From Macrostomum hystrix (Eukaryota; Animalia; Platyhelminthes): 64,000 bases of DNA. Shown one piece after another: positions 36,197 to 49,560 of this stretch. The notes below the pieces were generated by a model, which saw nothing but the letters and a program-made list of their open reading frames with translations, searched no databases and was not told the DNA's origin. The stretch covers positions 1,116,001 to 1,180,000 of the forward strand of contig CATNEN010000009.1 in the NCBI GenBank assembly GCA_950097015.1. Reading direction: 5' to 3'. Position numbers and translations under genes: made by a program. How positions within the stretch are numbered: position 1 is the first letter of the stretch; every line of letters begins with the position of its first letter.

Positions 36197-36660
36197 TCAA
36201 GGCCTTAGCACCTTCACAGGCGGAACAGGTCGAACAGGCAGTTGATTTCGGCGGCACTCATTGGCCAGAGCGATCAGCTTGACCTGACCCTTGAAAAAAT
36301 CGTTGTAGGAGCTGTCGGTAGCGTCTAACCTGATGCATCTTCGAGGTGCAGCGCCCAGAAAATCGCGACTAGAATAGTTGAAGCTGGTGCTGTTGATGAA
36401 GCTACGGTTGTAGTACATTGAGGCTGCCTCCGTCAGGTTGGACACTGCGACCCCCAAGTCCACCAAAGCAGCCCGCGGTAAGGTCGAGTCTCCACCTTGC
36501 GCAGCGGCTGCAGGCTGCCGTAGGAATCGTAGAACAGAGTGCCGGGTCCCTTCCACTCCCACATGTTGGCGCCCATGGCCCCGTTCAGGCAGTTTTAGTT
36601 GTCCAGGTACGGCTGCGACTGCGAAGAGCAGCCAAGTCAGGCATTGGGTCCGAGAGAAGT
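36197..36660 (-). pseudogene. Coding-like segment of unknown family, probably disabled
   Basis: GC-rich, protein-like in two frames (NCLNGAMGANMWEWKGPGTLFYDSYG..., then NLTEAASMYYNRSFINSTSFNYSS...) with a stop and a frame change. Confidence 0.3.
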
Positions 36661-37162
36661 CGCCAGCTTCAGTCACCGCAAGCTGTGAGTTCACGCCGTT
36701 GCGACGTGACGTAACTTCAGTTGTCTTTGCCCAGAACATACCCGTCTTGTTTGTTGCAGTGCCAAGGGAATTTACAGACATATATGCATACTACACTACT
36801 TCAAAGCTTTCAGGAGGAGCAACCTCTCCGAAATATGCTTGCTCTAGAGGATTCTTCACGTAGTTCAATGCTGTTCTCTAAATTTACCATCTGTAGAGCT
36901 GAGCATAGGTACTCACAGTGCATTGCTCAATGCATAGTTTGGTCGCATGGGTGCGATAGGAAAATTAATAACCATGCAGTCGCACCCATTGTGTCCGCAG
37001 CCATTGCCTGTTAAAGTGACAATGACCAAAGCATACTTTTTCTGAGGAGAGGGTGAGAGAGCGAGAGAGCACAGGCGACAATATAAGCCCCAGGTGGGCA
37101 CCGATTTTTGGTTGCTGTGCTGAAAGGTGCAGTGCGAGGCGAGTCCACCCCACAGATCAGCG

Positions 37163-39526
37163 ATGGGTTGCATTCCCAGCAGCTTCTCGATCGCTCCTGC
37201 GACAGGTTCGTTGCTGTTCAGTGTGTTTTGTTTAAAGCACCGAAGCCTCCACAATGTTTGGTTTTCTCATAAAACCTTTGTTCGCAACATCTCTCTCTAC
37301 TTTGGTCACTTCAGGTCATTCAAGAAAGAAGATCAAGATCAAAGGAGGTATGGGTTCGGCGCTTTGACCCGGTTTTAAGTCTGCTTTCTTTTATTAATCT
37401 GCGAGGTCTTAAATGCAGACGCGTTGCACTAAATGTACTTTAAAAGTACTTGCCACGGCATCGCAAAGAAAGTCTTTGCACTAAAATTACTCGCTATGGA
37501 GTCATAATGACAGGCACACCATGCAGGCAAGGCTCCAAAGCACACCCAGTCAATAGGCTCCAAAGCACACCCAGTCAAGGCTCCAAAGCACACCCAGTCA
37601 AGGCTCCAATGCACACCCAGTCAAGGCTCCAAAGCACACCCAGTCAATAGGCTCCAAAGCACACCCAGTCAATAGGCTCCAAAGCACACCCAGTCAAGGC
37701 TCCAAAGCACACCCAGTCAAGGCTCCAAAGCACACCCAGTCAAGGCTCCAAAGCACACCCAGTCAAGGCTCCAAAACACACCCAGTCAAGGCTCCAAAGC
37801 ACACCCAGTCAAGGCTCCAAAGCACACCCAGTCAAGGCTCCAAAGCACACCCAGTCAAGGCTCCAAAGCACCCCCAGTCAATAGGCTCCAAAGCACACCC
37901 AGTCAATAGGCTCCAATGCACACCCAGTCAAGGCTCCAAAGTGCACCCAGTCAAGGCTCCAAAGCACACCCAGTCAAGGCTCCAAAGCACACCCAGTCAA
38001 TAGGCTCCAATGCACACCCAGTCAAGGCTCCAAAGCACACCCAGTCAATAGGCTCCAAAGCACACCCAGTCAATAGGCTCCAAAGCACACCCAGTCAAGG
38101 CTCCAAAGCACACCCAGTCAATAGGCTCCAAAGCACACCCAGTCAATAGGCTCCAAAGCACCCCCAGTCAATAGGCTCCAAAGCACACCCAGTCAATAGG
38201 CTCCAAAGCACCCCCAGTCAATAGGCTCCAAAGCACACCCAGTCAATAGGCTCCAAAGCACCCCCAGTCAAGGCTCCAAAGCACACCCAGTCAATAGGCT
38301 CCAAAGCACACCCAGTCAAGGCTCCAATGCACACCCAGTCAAGGCTCCAAAGTGCACCCAGTCAAGGCTCCAAAGCACACCCAGTCAAGGCTCCAAAGCA
38401 CACCCAGTCAATAGGCTCCAAAGCACACCCAGTCAATAGGCTCCAAAGCACACCCAGTCAATAGGCTCCAAAGCACACCCAGTCAATAGGCTCCAAAGCA
38501 CACCCAGTCAATAGGCTCCAAAGCACACCCAGTCAAGGCTCCAAAGTACACCCAGTCAAGGCTCCAAAGCACACCCAGTCAATAGGCTCCAAAGCACACC
38601 CAGTCAAGGCTCCAAAGCACACCCAGTCAGTAGGCTCCAAAGCACACCCAGTCAATAGGCTCCAAAGCACACCCAGTCAAGGATTTAAAGCACACCCATT
38701 GCTGATGTTTTTGGATTTCATCAATCTAAGTCGGTAATTAGTGTTCAGCCTTACTATTGCAATCATTTTAGGTCACAAAAAACACAAGAAACTGCGCCAC
38801 ATCCGCGTGGTCAGGATCGGCAGCGTTGGCAGCGGTAAGCAATCAGCCATGCGTTTATCGTGCATCTTCTATATTTAAACAGACGGTACAATATCATCTT
38901 ATTGTTTCCCGATCCTGCAGGTGAAGGCGGTGACGCACCGGTGAGTTTCACTTTTAGGATTTTAGCGAATTTCTGGTCATTTAACAACTAACATTTGCCT
39001 TGCATATATACTCGTACCTCTATGGCGAATCCATATTGGTTCAATAAAAAGTTCAACAAATAATCAGTACAGTATGATTAACAATGGCCAACATGGTTAA
39101 TTGCATGATGCATGTTATCTGAAATACCCCGTGGTTACTGCTAGCAATTCATGGATCAAAATCATGCGAATGCCGCGCCTTTATTTTAGGATGCCGGTGG
39201 CTCAGACGATGGTGGAGACCGGGTAAGTATGAGACTCTGAGCCGATTGATGCTTCCTATAGCTAGCATCGATGGCGCACCATGGGTTCATTTATGACACT
39301 TTCTCCCAGCACGAAATTGGCATAAGTCATCAATTACATGCAGAGCGATGGTGGAGGCGACAACGACGACTATGGCGGAGGCGACGACTATGGCGGAGGA
39401 GGCGACGACTATGGCGGAGGTGGCAACGACTATGGCGGAGGTGGCAACGATTTTGGTGGCGGCGGCACCGACTATGGTGGAGGCGGAGGCGGCTGGGACG
39501 GTGGAGGCGGAGGCGGCTGGGATTAG
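37163..39526 (+). CDS. Micro-exon gene, 124-aa protein: MGC lipidation motif, basic patch, acidic Gly/Tyr-rich tail
   Basis: Exons 37163-37205, 37315-37347, 38772-38834, 38921-38940, 39190-39222, 39344-39526 with GT-AG ends and phases 1,1,1,0,0; 375 nt open frame. Confidence 0.65.
37520..38700. repeat. 23/25-bp intronic minisatellite (AGGCTCCAAAGCACACCCAGTCA +/- AT)
   Basis: About 49 copies in intron 2 of the micro-exon gene. Confidence 0.95.
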
Positions 39527-41429
39527 AATTCGATCACGGGAAAGCGTCGCTAAAACTATTGTCGCTTACATTCAATCTGATTTTATTTTTTTGGACAGAT
39601 TTTTATCCGGATAAGGTGTAAGAGGCAGCTCAAAGACTCGTAGAGCTCGTTCAGTCACGTTACTGACTGGAGCCAAAGGAAAGTTTGCCTTGCCTAATTG
39701 GTCCTAAAGAACAGTGACGGCAATCGCGTACAGCTGTGTTTTTGTGTTTCTTTTTGTATCGTACATGTGCCAGAAAAAAATTCACTGTCTTTGTGTATTT
39801 CTTTATTATTTTCTAAGTTTTTTTCGTAAAAAGAAATTTCTTATTTGAAAATTCGCTTCAAACGTAAAAAACGATGTGTTGTCGTTTTGTTCAAACTCAT
39901 GCGCTTTTTATTGGAACAGCTGGAATTCGAAGTGGCCCCTCAAGGGCCGCTTCGATTGTGCTGAGAGAAACAGCCTAGTTTAGCCGAGCTCGTACTCTCT
40001 GGTGTACCTAGTACAGGTAAGTCGTATGCTTTGGCAGCCTCATTAGGTATAATGGGTACATCCACGAAGAAGAGAGACGCCCGCCCCGCGCTGGCGCGCT
40101 TGGCAGGGGAGGAAGGCTGCAAACTGAGAAAGACTCTGTAAAGATCATTAAAATTGCAGCTGGGCCCATCTTTGGCCAGTTGGAGCATGAGGCGCTAGTT
40201 TGAAACAACATGGGTACAGTTCAACAAAAAAGTTGTCCTTTTGGCTGAGCTCGAATAAGGCCGATGTGGAGGACTGAAAAAACTTTTTCCATACTTATTG
40301 CGTTAGTGATTAATATGGATTACAAGCTAAGAAATGCTTGCTAAATGTCGACTTATAATAAATTCTTGCTAAATTTCCACTTATAGTAAATAGTAGAGAA
40401 TCGAACGCCACTCTCACTCAAAGAACAAAGAGTATAGGCCTATACGTATATCGTACACAGAGGAATACACAAAAAATTGCAACTGCACTGTAAGTTGTTC
40501 ACGAGTTGTTCGCGAAGGGACTGGCATGTAAATAACTTTATATTTTAATTAATTTTCGATGATTGGTGGTAGTTAGTTCATATCAATGAATAATGTAGAC
40601 TAAGCTAGCCAGAAGCAGAGCGGAAATTAAAGTAGGCCTATACCATTTAATTTAAACGGAAGACAAGCAACGCAACACACACCTGCTACTCTTTAAAATT
40701 GCAGATGCAGCTAGCTAGTCTTAAAGTTTAATTAATAATTTTTTATAAAATTGGCTTTAAAATTGTTATCTCTACAGTTTTTTCAATTGTGGTTCCGTAA
40801 ATTAGTTTTACCCATTAAAAGCCTGAGGAAAGTCGTGCGCTCATTTCAAATGCTGGAAAAATTCGGCTAGGCTCGGCCTACTATGTACGTATGTAGTAGA
40901 CATACATCATGATCTATTAAAATGCCACATTCAGTTCAGAGTACTAACTACTAGGGGTACTTAGAGTGTTTGCTGTGTGTAGTTAAGTTAAAGTCGTCTA
41001 AGTACTTGATTTCAATAAATTACTTCCATTAGGCCTATCCACACAATTTCTAAAGTGGCATGCTTATAGTATAGCTATAATTTCTTACCTTATATTGCTT
41101 ATTGCACCCATATTTAATCATCATCATGTAGATGTAAATAGCTTTATTTCATTATATATAGCTAATTAGGCCTATGAGTATTAAATATTGTAGTGCAGTG
41201 ATGAAATGATGTTGTAGCTAATTATTATTGATTGATATTTGCAAATATATGAACTGTAATTCTTTTAGTTTGACAGCATTTTTAACTTAACCCCACATTA
41301 AATCATAAATCATAGTTATAAAGTTATAGCTACTATCCTAAACATATATTTTAAAACCTTAATTAAAAATCCTAACTTTAGACTTTCGTAAGACAAAAAA
41401 GTGATTGCCATTTTAGGAGGCAGTTGCTA

Positions 41430-41875
41430 CAAGGGGTGTCCCAAAAGTCCATGCACTTTCTTCATTTCAGCCGGTTCTGAGCAACCAAAAATATTCAGAC
41501 TGCAGCAGTTACAAAGACAATTATCTGACTGTAAAAATGTCTTGCTGATTGTTCATGTATCTACTGTCATTCTCGAGATATTTTACTTTTAGAGTAAAAC
41601 TTTTACAGTTCTTTTTTCTGTTTTTTTAGTGTTACGGATGTTTCGTTGAAGTGCATCAGATGGAAAGCTGTTGTCTACGGCACTTTGTAGAAGTGGTACA
41701 GGGGGTGGGGCACTAGAAATAAAATATCTAGAGAATGACAGTAGATACATGAACAAACAACAAGCCATTTTTATGGGCAGATAATTGTCTTTGTAACTGC
41801 TACAGTCTGAATATTTTTGGTTGCTCAGAACTGGCTGAAATAAAGAAGGTGCACGGACTTTTGGGAAACCCCTGG
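41430..41875. mobile_element. Tc1/mariner-type MITE with ~155-bp imperfect inverted arms
   Basis: TA|CAAGGGGTGTCCCAAAAGTCC ... GGACTTTTGGGAAACCCCTGG|TA; arms align through ATTCTCGAGATATTT / AAATATCTAGAGAAT. Confidence 0.85.
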
Positions 41876-43251
41876 TATTTTTACTAGGTGCTATTTTGCT
41901 GCATGCCAAAACTACCACTAGCACTATGCCACTATGCTGTGTTGCAATCAGAGACGTTGATCTGATATCAGAGATGTGCAGCTGAAAGCACACTCTTATT
42001 TGGTATCTTATCTTATCAGAGATAACATTTAAAACATTTTAATAAGTGGAAAATAAAATTATGCAAGTTTCAAAATTATAGGCAGTGTGTGGCTATGTCT
42101 ATGGCAAAATACTTGTGCTTGTAGGTTTCAAATGACATGGCAGTGCATGCAGTGTGCATGGCTATGTCTATTGTGAAGAGGTACAAAAATAGAAAAAATA
42201 ATTAAGGTAGGCAGGCCTAGGGTTAGATGATTCTGGGTGACACTACTTTGCCATCTGAGCATACCACTATTATAAATGAGTGGCTTGTTTGTTCCCTGTT
42301 CCCTGTCTCCCTTTAATAATTTATTATTTTTTAAAATATTGAGAAAGTTTTTTATCTTTCCTAAAAATTAAATGTGAAACTAGGGAAACTAAAATTATAG
42401 CTAAAAAAGTATAGCGCAACATAATTTATCCTTGGTGCCAAACCTAAAATTCAGGTTTAGGTTTGGCAATGTGGCAATATATCCTAATGTTGCTAGACTA
42501 TACTGTAACACTGCTTGCCTTGAATATACTGCAATGCAACATGGGAAATTCAGAAAATGTGATGGGCAGTCAGACGTTACTTGTCCAGCTATTCCAATAA
42601 AGGTTTGCTACTCATTGTTTAACAATATCTTTTTAGATATAGTTCCTATAAATTTTGTATTAAAGAAAAGCTAACACTATTAATGTTTGCTACAATAGCC
42701 AAGACAAACACAATCACCTAAGTCTTTAAAACATCTATATATATAAAAGTGAAAACTCTGTCTGTCTGTCTGTCTGTCTGTGTGCAACCTTTTGTCTTTA
42801 TAGACGCCGAAACCACTCAACCAAATCGCACCAAACTTTGCACATACCTAAAACCACCTACGCTGAGTGCAATAGGCTACTCAAATTCCCGAAAAATCAT
42901 TTCCTTCCTGCTCAAAAGTGCAAAAAACTGCTCAAAATCGTCAAAAAAATCACTCAATTCGACATATCGTCGCCCCACTTTGTCAGATTTTCTCCAAATT
43001 TGATCCACTTACACTTTACATGTTTTCCAACAATGCTGTCAATTTTGAACATCTCTACTCAATCCAGAGCAAAGCTGCATCATCTCAAAGTGAGTCACTT
43101 TTTGTTTTCCGAGGACAGCCACCCCAACTCCCCTCCGCCACTCTGCGGGCCAAATTTTATTACAGCCACCCCCTCCCTTCCCCGGGCGCCGGAACCCCAG
43201 ACTGTACATTGTATTTCAAGCCGTGAATGTACACAGCCCAAACCCCTAGAC

Positions 43252-44149
43252 CAGGGGTCGGCAAACTCCGGCCCGCGGGCCAGATGCGGCCCTCGAAGCT
43301 CCCAAATCCGGCCCGTTGCCCCTTCTGACATCTACAGTGTCCTGTTTCATCTTTCTCGGTCTAATCCCTCCCGTGTCTCATCTCTCCAGTGTCTTATCTC
43401 TCCACTGTCTTATCTTACCCGTGTCTCATCTCTCCAGTGTCTCATCTCTCCAGTGTCTCATCTCTCCCGTGTCTCATCTCTCCAGTGTCTCATCTCTCCC
43501 GTGTCTCATCTCTCCCGTGTCCCATCTCTTCCGTGTCTCATCTCTCCCGTGTCTCATCTCTCCCGTGTCTCATCTCTCCACTGTCTTATCTTACCCGTGT
43601 CTCATCTCTCCAGTGTCTCATCTCTCCAGTGTCTCATCTCTCCCGTGTCTCATCTCTCCCGTGTCTCATCTCTTCCGTGTCTCATCTCTCCCGTGTCTCA
43701 TCTCTCCAGTGTCTCATCTCTCCACTGTCTTATCTTACCCGTGTCTCATCTCTCCAGTGTCTCATCTCTTCCGTGTCTCATCTCTCCCGTGTCTCATCTC
43801 TTCCGTGTCTCATCTCTTCTGTGTCTCATCTCTCCCGTGTCTCATCTCTTCTGTGTCTCATCTCTCCCGTGTCTAATCTCTTCCGTGTCTCATCTCTCCC
43901 GTGTCTCATCTCTCCCGTGTCTCATCTCTTCTGTGTCTCATCTCTCCCGTGTCTAATCTCTCCTGTGTCTCATCTCTCCCGTGTCTAATCTCTCCCCTGT
44001 CTCATCTCTCCCGTGTCTAATCTCTCGCGTGTCTAATCTCTCCCGTGTCTTATCTCTCCCCTATCTCATATTTATACAGTCAATGCGGCCCGCTGTCGTC
44101 TTTTAGGTTCTCTCTTTGGCCCGCCAGCAAATAAGTTTGCCTACCCCTG
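43252..44149. mobile_element. hAT (Charlie-like) MITE nested in Helitron unit 1 (second copy 46612-47509), with internal 16-bp satellite
   Basis: TIR CAGGGGTCGGCAAACT / AGTTTGCCTACCCCTG; 8-bp TSD CCCTAGAC / CCCTTGAC; empty site CCCTAGAC|TGTCTACTGG at about 44687. Confidence 0.9.
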
Positions 44150-44809
44150 CCCTTGACTGTCTACTGGCCCCCAAGCAGCACTGAGACTGAGTGCGTGCGT
44201 GTGAAAACTCTGTCTGTGTGTGTGTGTGCAACCTTTTGTCTTTATAGACGCCGAAACCGCTCAACCAAATCGCACCAAACTTTGCACATACCTAAAACCA
44301 CCTACGCTGAGTGCAATAGGCTACTCAAATTCCCGAAAAATCATTTCCTTCCTGCTCAAAAGTGCAAAAAACTGCTCAAAAATCGTCAAAAAATCACTCA
44401 ATTCGACATATCGTCGCCCCACTTTGTCAGATTTTCTCCAAATTTGATCCACTTACACTTTACATGTTTTCCAACAATGCTGTCAATTTTGAACATCTCT
44501 ACTCAATCCAGAGCAAAGCTGCATCATCTCAAAGTGAGTCACTTTTTGTTTTCCGAGGACAGCCACCCCAACTCCCCTCCGCCACTCTGCGGGCCAAATT
44601 TTATTACAGCCACCCCCTCCCTTCCCCGGGCGCCGAAGCCCCAGACTGTACATTGTATTTCAAGCCGTGAATGTACACAGCCCAAACCCCTAGACTGTCT
44701 ACTGGCCCCCAAGCAGCACTGAGACTGAGTGCGGTGAGTGCGGTGGCGTCCCAGTGCGCAGGGCTCTCCGGTCGATATTTCTCTCCAGCCAGCCTATTTC
44801 TCTCGATAT

Positions 44810-45433
44810 GCTGACGTTGACTGGCTGTCAGAGAGGGCAATTCTGTGTCCTAGAAATGATGCCACCAACGAAATTAACTACCAACTGCTTCAGGAGTTGC
44901 CAGGTGCAGTTTTCACCTACAAGTCAATTGATACAACGTTGACTGATGACACCGCTGTGGAGTATCCTGTTGAGTTTCTGAACTCTCTAGATCCTCCTGG
45001 AACTCCATCGCACAACTTGCAGCTGAAAGTTGGGGCACCAATTATGCTCCTCCGCAACCTGAATGCGCCAAGGCTGTGTAACGGCACCAGACTGATAGTC
45101 AGGCGGCTCTTCCCACACGTGATTGAGGCCACGATAATGACTGGATCTGGCAGAGGAGAGTCTGTGTTCGTTCCCCGGATTCCAATTATCCCCACGGACC
45201 TGCCATTTCAGTTCAAGCGACTGCAGTTCCCTGTGAGAGTGTGCTTTGCGATGACTATTAACAAGGCTCAGGGACAGTCGCTGAAGGTGGCTGGCATCAA
45301 CCTGGAGACTCCTTGCTTCTCGCATGGGCAGCTTTATGTCGCCTGCTCCCGTGTTGGAACTCCAGCTGGCCTATTCATTTTCGCACCAAGGGGAAGAACG
45401 AAGAATGTGGTGTATCCCCAGGCCTTGAGGTGA
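44810..45433 (+). pseudogene. Helitron PIF1-like helicase C-terminal fragment (copy 2 at about 48180-48790 is frameshifted)
   Basis: RAILCPRN, LKVGAPIMLLRNL, LCNGTRL, RLQFPVRVCFAMTINKAQGQSL, FSHGQLYVACSRV; Rep domain and N-terminal helicase motifs absent. Confidence 0.92.
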
Positions 45434-45585
45434 CTCGCAAGCAATTAATAGAAAAGTAGTCACGAATTGACCTTGACCTGTCTAACTCTGAACTCTGAAA
45501 CAGTTTAATTTTGTTTCTTTGACATTGTTATTGTTATGCCATGGCTATTTTCCTTATGTATACGCGTGTACATGCATACTGTATA

Positions 45586-45860
45586 CAGAGGCAGATTTAG
45601 GGGGGGGGGCGGGGGGGCAGTCGCCCCCCTAAATTTTAATCATGGGAATAAGATGCCCCCACCAGGGGCGCCAGTCGCAGCACTGGCGCTCCTTTTCGGC
45701 CGCTGGCGCCCCTTTTTCAGCCGCTGGCTCCCGTTTTTCAGCCACTGGCGCCCTTTCTTGGCTCCTGGCGCCCTTTTTCGGCCGCTGGCACCCCCTCTGT
45801 GATTCTCATGGCGCTCCCCTGACAGACCGCCCCAAAACAAAATTCCTGGATCTGCCACTG
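45586..45860. mobile_element. Second hAT-type MITE nested in Helitron unit 1 (copy 48945-49323)
   Basis: Imperfect TIR CAGAGGCAGATTTAG / CTGGATCTGCCACTG; perfect 8-bp TSD ACTGTATA. Confidence 0.9.
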
Positions 45861-46097
45861 ACTGTATAGAGGAGTGGCTAAGAGACATGTTTCTAAAGAA
45901 GTAATCAAGAGGGGGCTGTTTGGACAAACTTTTCACTTATTTTTTACTTAAAACGCCCTTAAACAAACTCTTCACTTTTCATTAATGCAGTAAATAAATA
46001 AATGGTGACCATCACTACAAAGTTAATACAGAGACGTGAATTGCTTACTGCTTTGCTTTAAATTTCTGCCCCAAAAACAACGGGCAAAAAAAGCTAG

Positions 46098-49000
46098 TCT
46101 ATATATATAAAAGTGAAAACTCTGTCTGTCTGTCTGTCTGTGTGCAACCTTTTGTCTTTATAGACGCCGAAACCGCTCAACCAAATCGCACCAAACTTTG
46201 CACATACCTAAAACCACCTACGCTGAGTGCAATAGGCTACTCAAATTCCCGAAAAATCATTTCCTTCCTGCTCAAAAGTGCAAAAAACTGCTCAAAATCG
46301 TCAAAAAAATCACTCAATTCGACATATCGTCGCCCCACTTTGTCAGATTTTCTCCAAATTTGATCCACTTACACTTTACATGTTTTCCAACAATGCTGTC
46401 AATTTTGAACATCTCTACTCAATCCAGAGCAAAGCTGCATCATCTCAAAGTGAGTCACTTTTTGTTTTCCGAGGACAGCCACCCCAACTCCCCTCCGCCA
46501 CTCTGCGGGCCAAATTTTATTACAGCCACCCCCTCCCTTCCCCGGGCGCCGGAACCCCAGACTGTACATTGTATTTCAAGCCGTGAATGTACACAGCCCA
46601 AACCCCTAGACCAGGGGTCGGCAAACTCCGGCCCGCGGGCCAGATGCGGCCCTCGAAGCTCCCAAATCCGGCCCGTTGCCCCTTCTGACATCTACAGTGT
46701 CCTGTTTCATCTTTCTCGGTCTAATCCCTCCCGTGTCTCATCTCTCCAGTGTCTTATCTCTCCACTGTCTTATCTTACCCGTGTCTCATCTCTCCAGTGT
46801 CTCATCTCTCCAGTGTCTCATCTCTCCCGTGTCTCATCTCTCCAGTGTCTCATCTCTCCCGTGTCTCATCTCTCCCGTGTCCCATCTCTTCCGTGTCTCA
46901 TCTCTCCCGTGTCTCATCTCTCCCGTGTCTCATCTCTCCACTGTCTTATCTTACCCGTGTCTCATCTCTCCAGTGTCTCATCTCTCCAGTGTCTCATCTC
47001 TCCCGTGTCTCATCTCTCCCGTGTCTCATCTCTTCCGTGTCTCATCTCTCCCGTGTCTCATCTCTCCAGTGTCTCATCTCTCCACTGTCTTATCTTACCC
47101 GTGTCTCATCTCTTCCGTGTCTCATCTCTCCCGTGTCTCATCTCTCCAGTGTCTCATCTCTCCACTGTCTTATCTTACCCGTGTCTCATCTCTCCAGTGT
47201 CTCATCTCTTCCGTGTCTCATCTCTCCCGTGTCTCATCTCTTCCGTGTCTCATCTCTTCTGTGTCTCATCTCTCCCGTGTCTCATCTCTTCTGTGTCTCA
47301 TCTCTCCCGTGTCTAATCTCTCCTGTGTCTCATCTCTCCCGTGTCTAATCTCTCCCCTGTCTCATCTCTCCCGTGTCTAATCTCTCGCGTGTCTAATCTC
47401 TCCCGTGTCTTATCTCTCCCCTATCTCATATTTATACAGTCAATGCGGCCCGCTGTCGTCTTTTAGGTTCTCTCTTTGGCCCGCCAGCAAATAAGTTTGC
47501 CTACCCCTGCCCTTGACTGTCTACTGGCCCCCAAGCAGCACTGAGACTGAGTGCGTGCGTGTGAAAACTCTGTCTGTGTGTGTGTGTGCAACCTTTTGTC
47601 TTTATAGACGCCGAAACCGCTCAACCAAATCGCACCAAACTTTGCACATACCTAAAACCACCTACGCTGAGTGCAATAGGCTACTCAAATTCCCGAAAAA
47701 TCATTTCCTTCCTGCTCAAAAGTGCAAAAAACTGCTCAAAAATCGTCAAAAAATCACTCAATTCGACATATCGTCGCCCCACTTTGTCAGATTTTCTCCA
47801 AATTTGATCCACTTACACTTTACATGTTTTCCAACAATGCTGTCAATTTTGAACATCTCTACTCAATCCAGAGCAAAGCTGCATCATCTCAAAGTGAGTC
47901 ACTTTTTGTTTTCCGAGGACAGCCACCCCAACTCCCCTCCGCCACTCTGCGGGCCAAATTTTATTACAGCCACCCCCTCCCTTCCCCGGGCGCCGAAGCC
48001 CCAGACTGTACATTGTATTTCAAGCCGTGAATGTACACAGCCCAAACCCCTAGACTGTCTACTGGCCCCCAAGCAGCACTGAGACTGAGTGCGGTGAGTG
48101 CGGTGGCGTCCCAGTGCGCAGGGCTCTCCGGTCGATATTTCTCTCCAGCCAGCCTGGGATAGAAGAAAGAGAGAGGCTGGCGTTGACTGGCTGTCAGAGA
48201 GGGCAATTCTGTGTCCTAGAAATGATGCCGCCAACGAAATTAACTACCAACTGCTTCAGGAGTTGCCAGGTGCAGTTTTCACCTACAAGTCAATTGATAC
48301 AACGTTGACTGATGACACCGCTGTGGAGTATCCTGTTGAGTTTCTGAACTCTCTAGATCCTCCTGGAACTCCATCGCACAACTTGCAGCTGAAAGTTGGG
48401 GCACCAATTATGCTCCTCCGCAACCTGAATGCGCCAAGGCTGTGTAACGGCACCAGACTGATAGTCAGGCGGCTCTTCCCACACGTGATTGAGGCCACGA
48501 TAATGACTGGATCTGGCAGAGGAGAGTCTGTGTTCGTTCCCCGGATTCCAATTATCCCCACGGACCTGCCATTTCAGTTCAAGCGACTGCAGTTCCCTGT
48601 GAGAGTGTGCTTTGCGATGACTATTAACAAGGCTCAGGGACAGTCGCTGAAGGTGGCTGGCATCATGCTCCTTGCTTCTCGCATGGGCAGCTTTATGTCG
48701 CCTGCTCCCGTGTTGGAACTCCAGCTGGCCTATTCATTTTCGCACCAAGGGGAAGAACGAAGAATGTGGTGTATCCCCAGGCCTTGAGGTGACTCGCAAG
48801 CAATTAATAGAAAAGTAGTCACGAATTGACCTTGACCTGTCTAACTCTGAACTCTGAAGCAGTTTAATTTTGTTTCTTTGACATTGTTATTGTTATGCCA
48901 TGGCTATTTTCTTTATGTATACGCGTGTACATGCATACTGTATACAGAGGCAGATTTAGGGGGGGGGGGGGGGCGGGGGGGCAGTCGCCCCCCTAAATTT

Positions 49001-49560
49001 TAATCATGGGAATAAGATGCCCCCACCAGAAATTTTCGGTCGCTGGCGCCCCTTTTCGGTCGCTGGCGCCCCTTTTTCAGCCGCTGGCTCCCGTTTTTCA
49101 GCCGCTGGCGCCCTTTCTTGGCTCCTGGCGCCCTTTTTCGGCCGCTGGCGCCCCTTTTTCAGCCGCTGGCTCCCCTTTTTCAGCCGCTGGCTCCCGTTTT
49201 TCAGCCGCTGGCGCCCTTTCTTGGCTCCTGGCGCCCTTTTTCGGCCGCTGGCACCCCCTCTGTGATTCTCATGGCGCTCCCCTGACAGACCGCCCCAAAA
49301 CAAAATTCCTGGATCTGCCACTGACTGTATAGAGGAGTGGCTAAGAGACATGTTTCTAAAGAAGTAATCAAGAGGGGGCTGTTTGGACAAACTTTTCACT
49401 TATTTTTTACTTAAAACGCCCTTAAACAAACTCTTCACTTTTCATTAATGCAGTAAATAAATAAATGGTGACCTTCACTATAAAGTTATTACAGAGACGT
49501 GAATTGCTTACTGCTTTGCTTTAAATTTCTGCCCCAAAAACAACGGGCAAAAAAAGCTAG
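46098..49560 (+). mobile_element. Non-autonomous Helitron, unit 2 (head-to-tail with unit 1)
   Basis: Junction GCTAG|TCTATATATA at 46097/46098; ends CTAG|T at 49560/49561; near-identical to unit 1. Confidence 0.9.

Larger units (their letters stand above)
42734..46097 (+). mobile_element. Non-autonomous Helitron, unit 1
   Basis: A|TCTATATATATAAAAG 5' end with (TGTC)n; 3' TGCCC..GGGCA hairpin and CTAG end; carries a PIF1-type helicase C-terminus. Confidence 0.9.

Noticed and set aside
36197-36781. SLC22-like transporter N-terminus (GDFSRTQCLTWLLF)
   Set aside because: Resemblance is limited to a few residues, no further TM helices follow, and another frame looks more coding.
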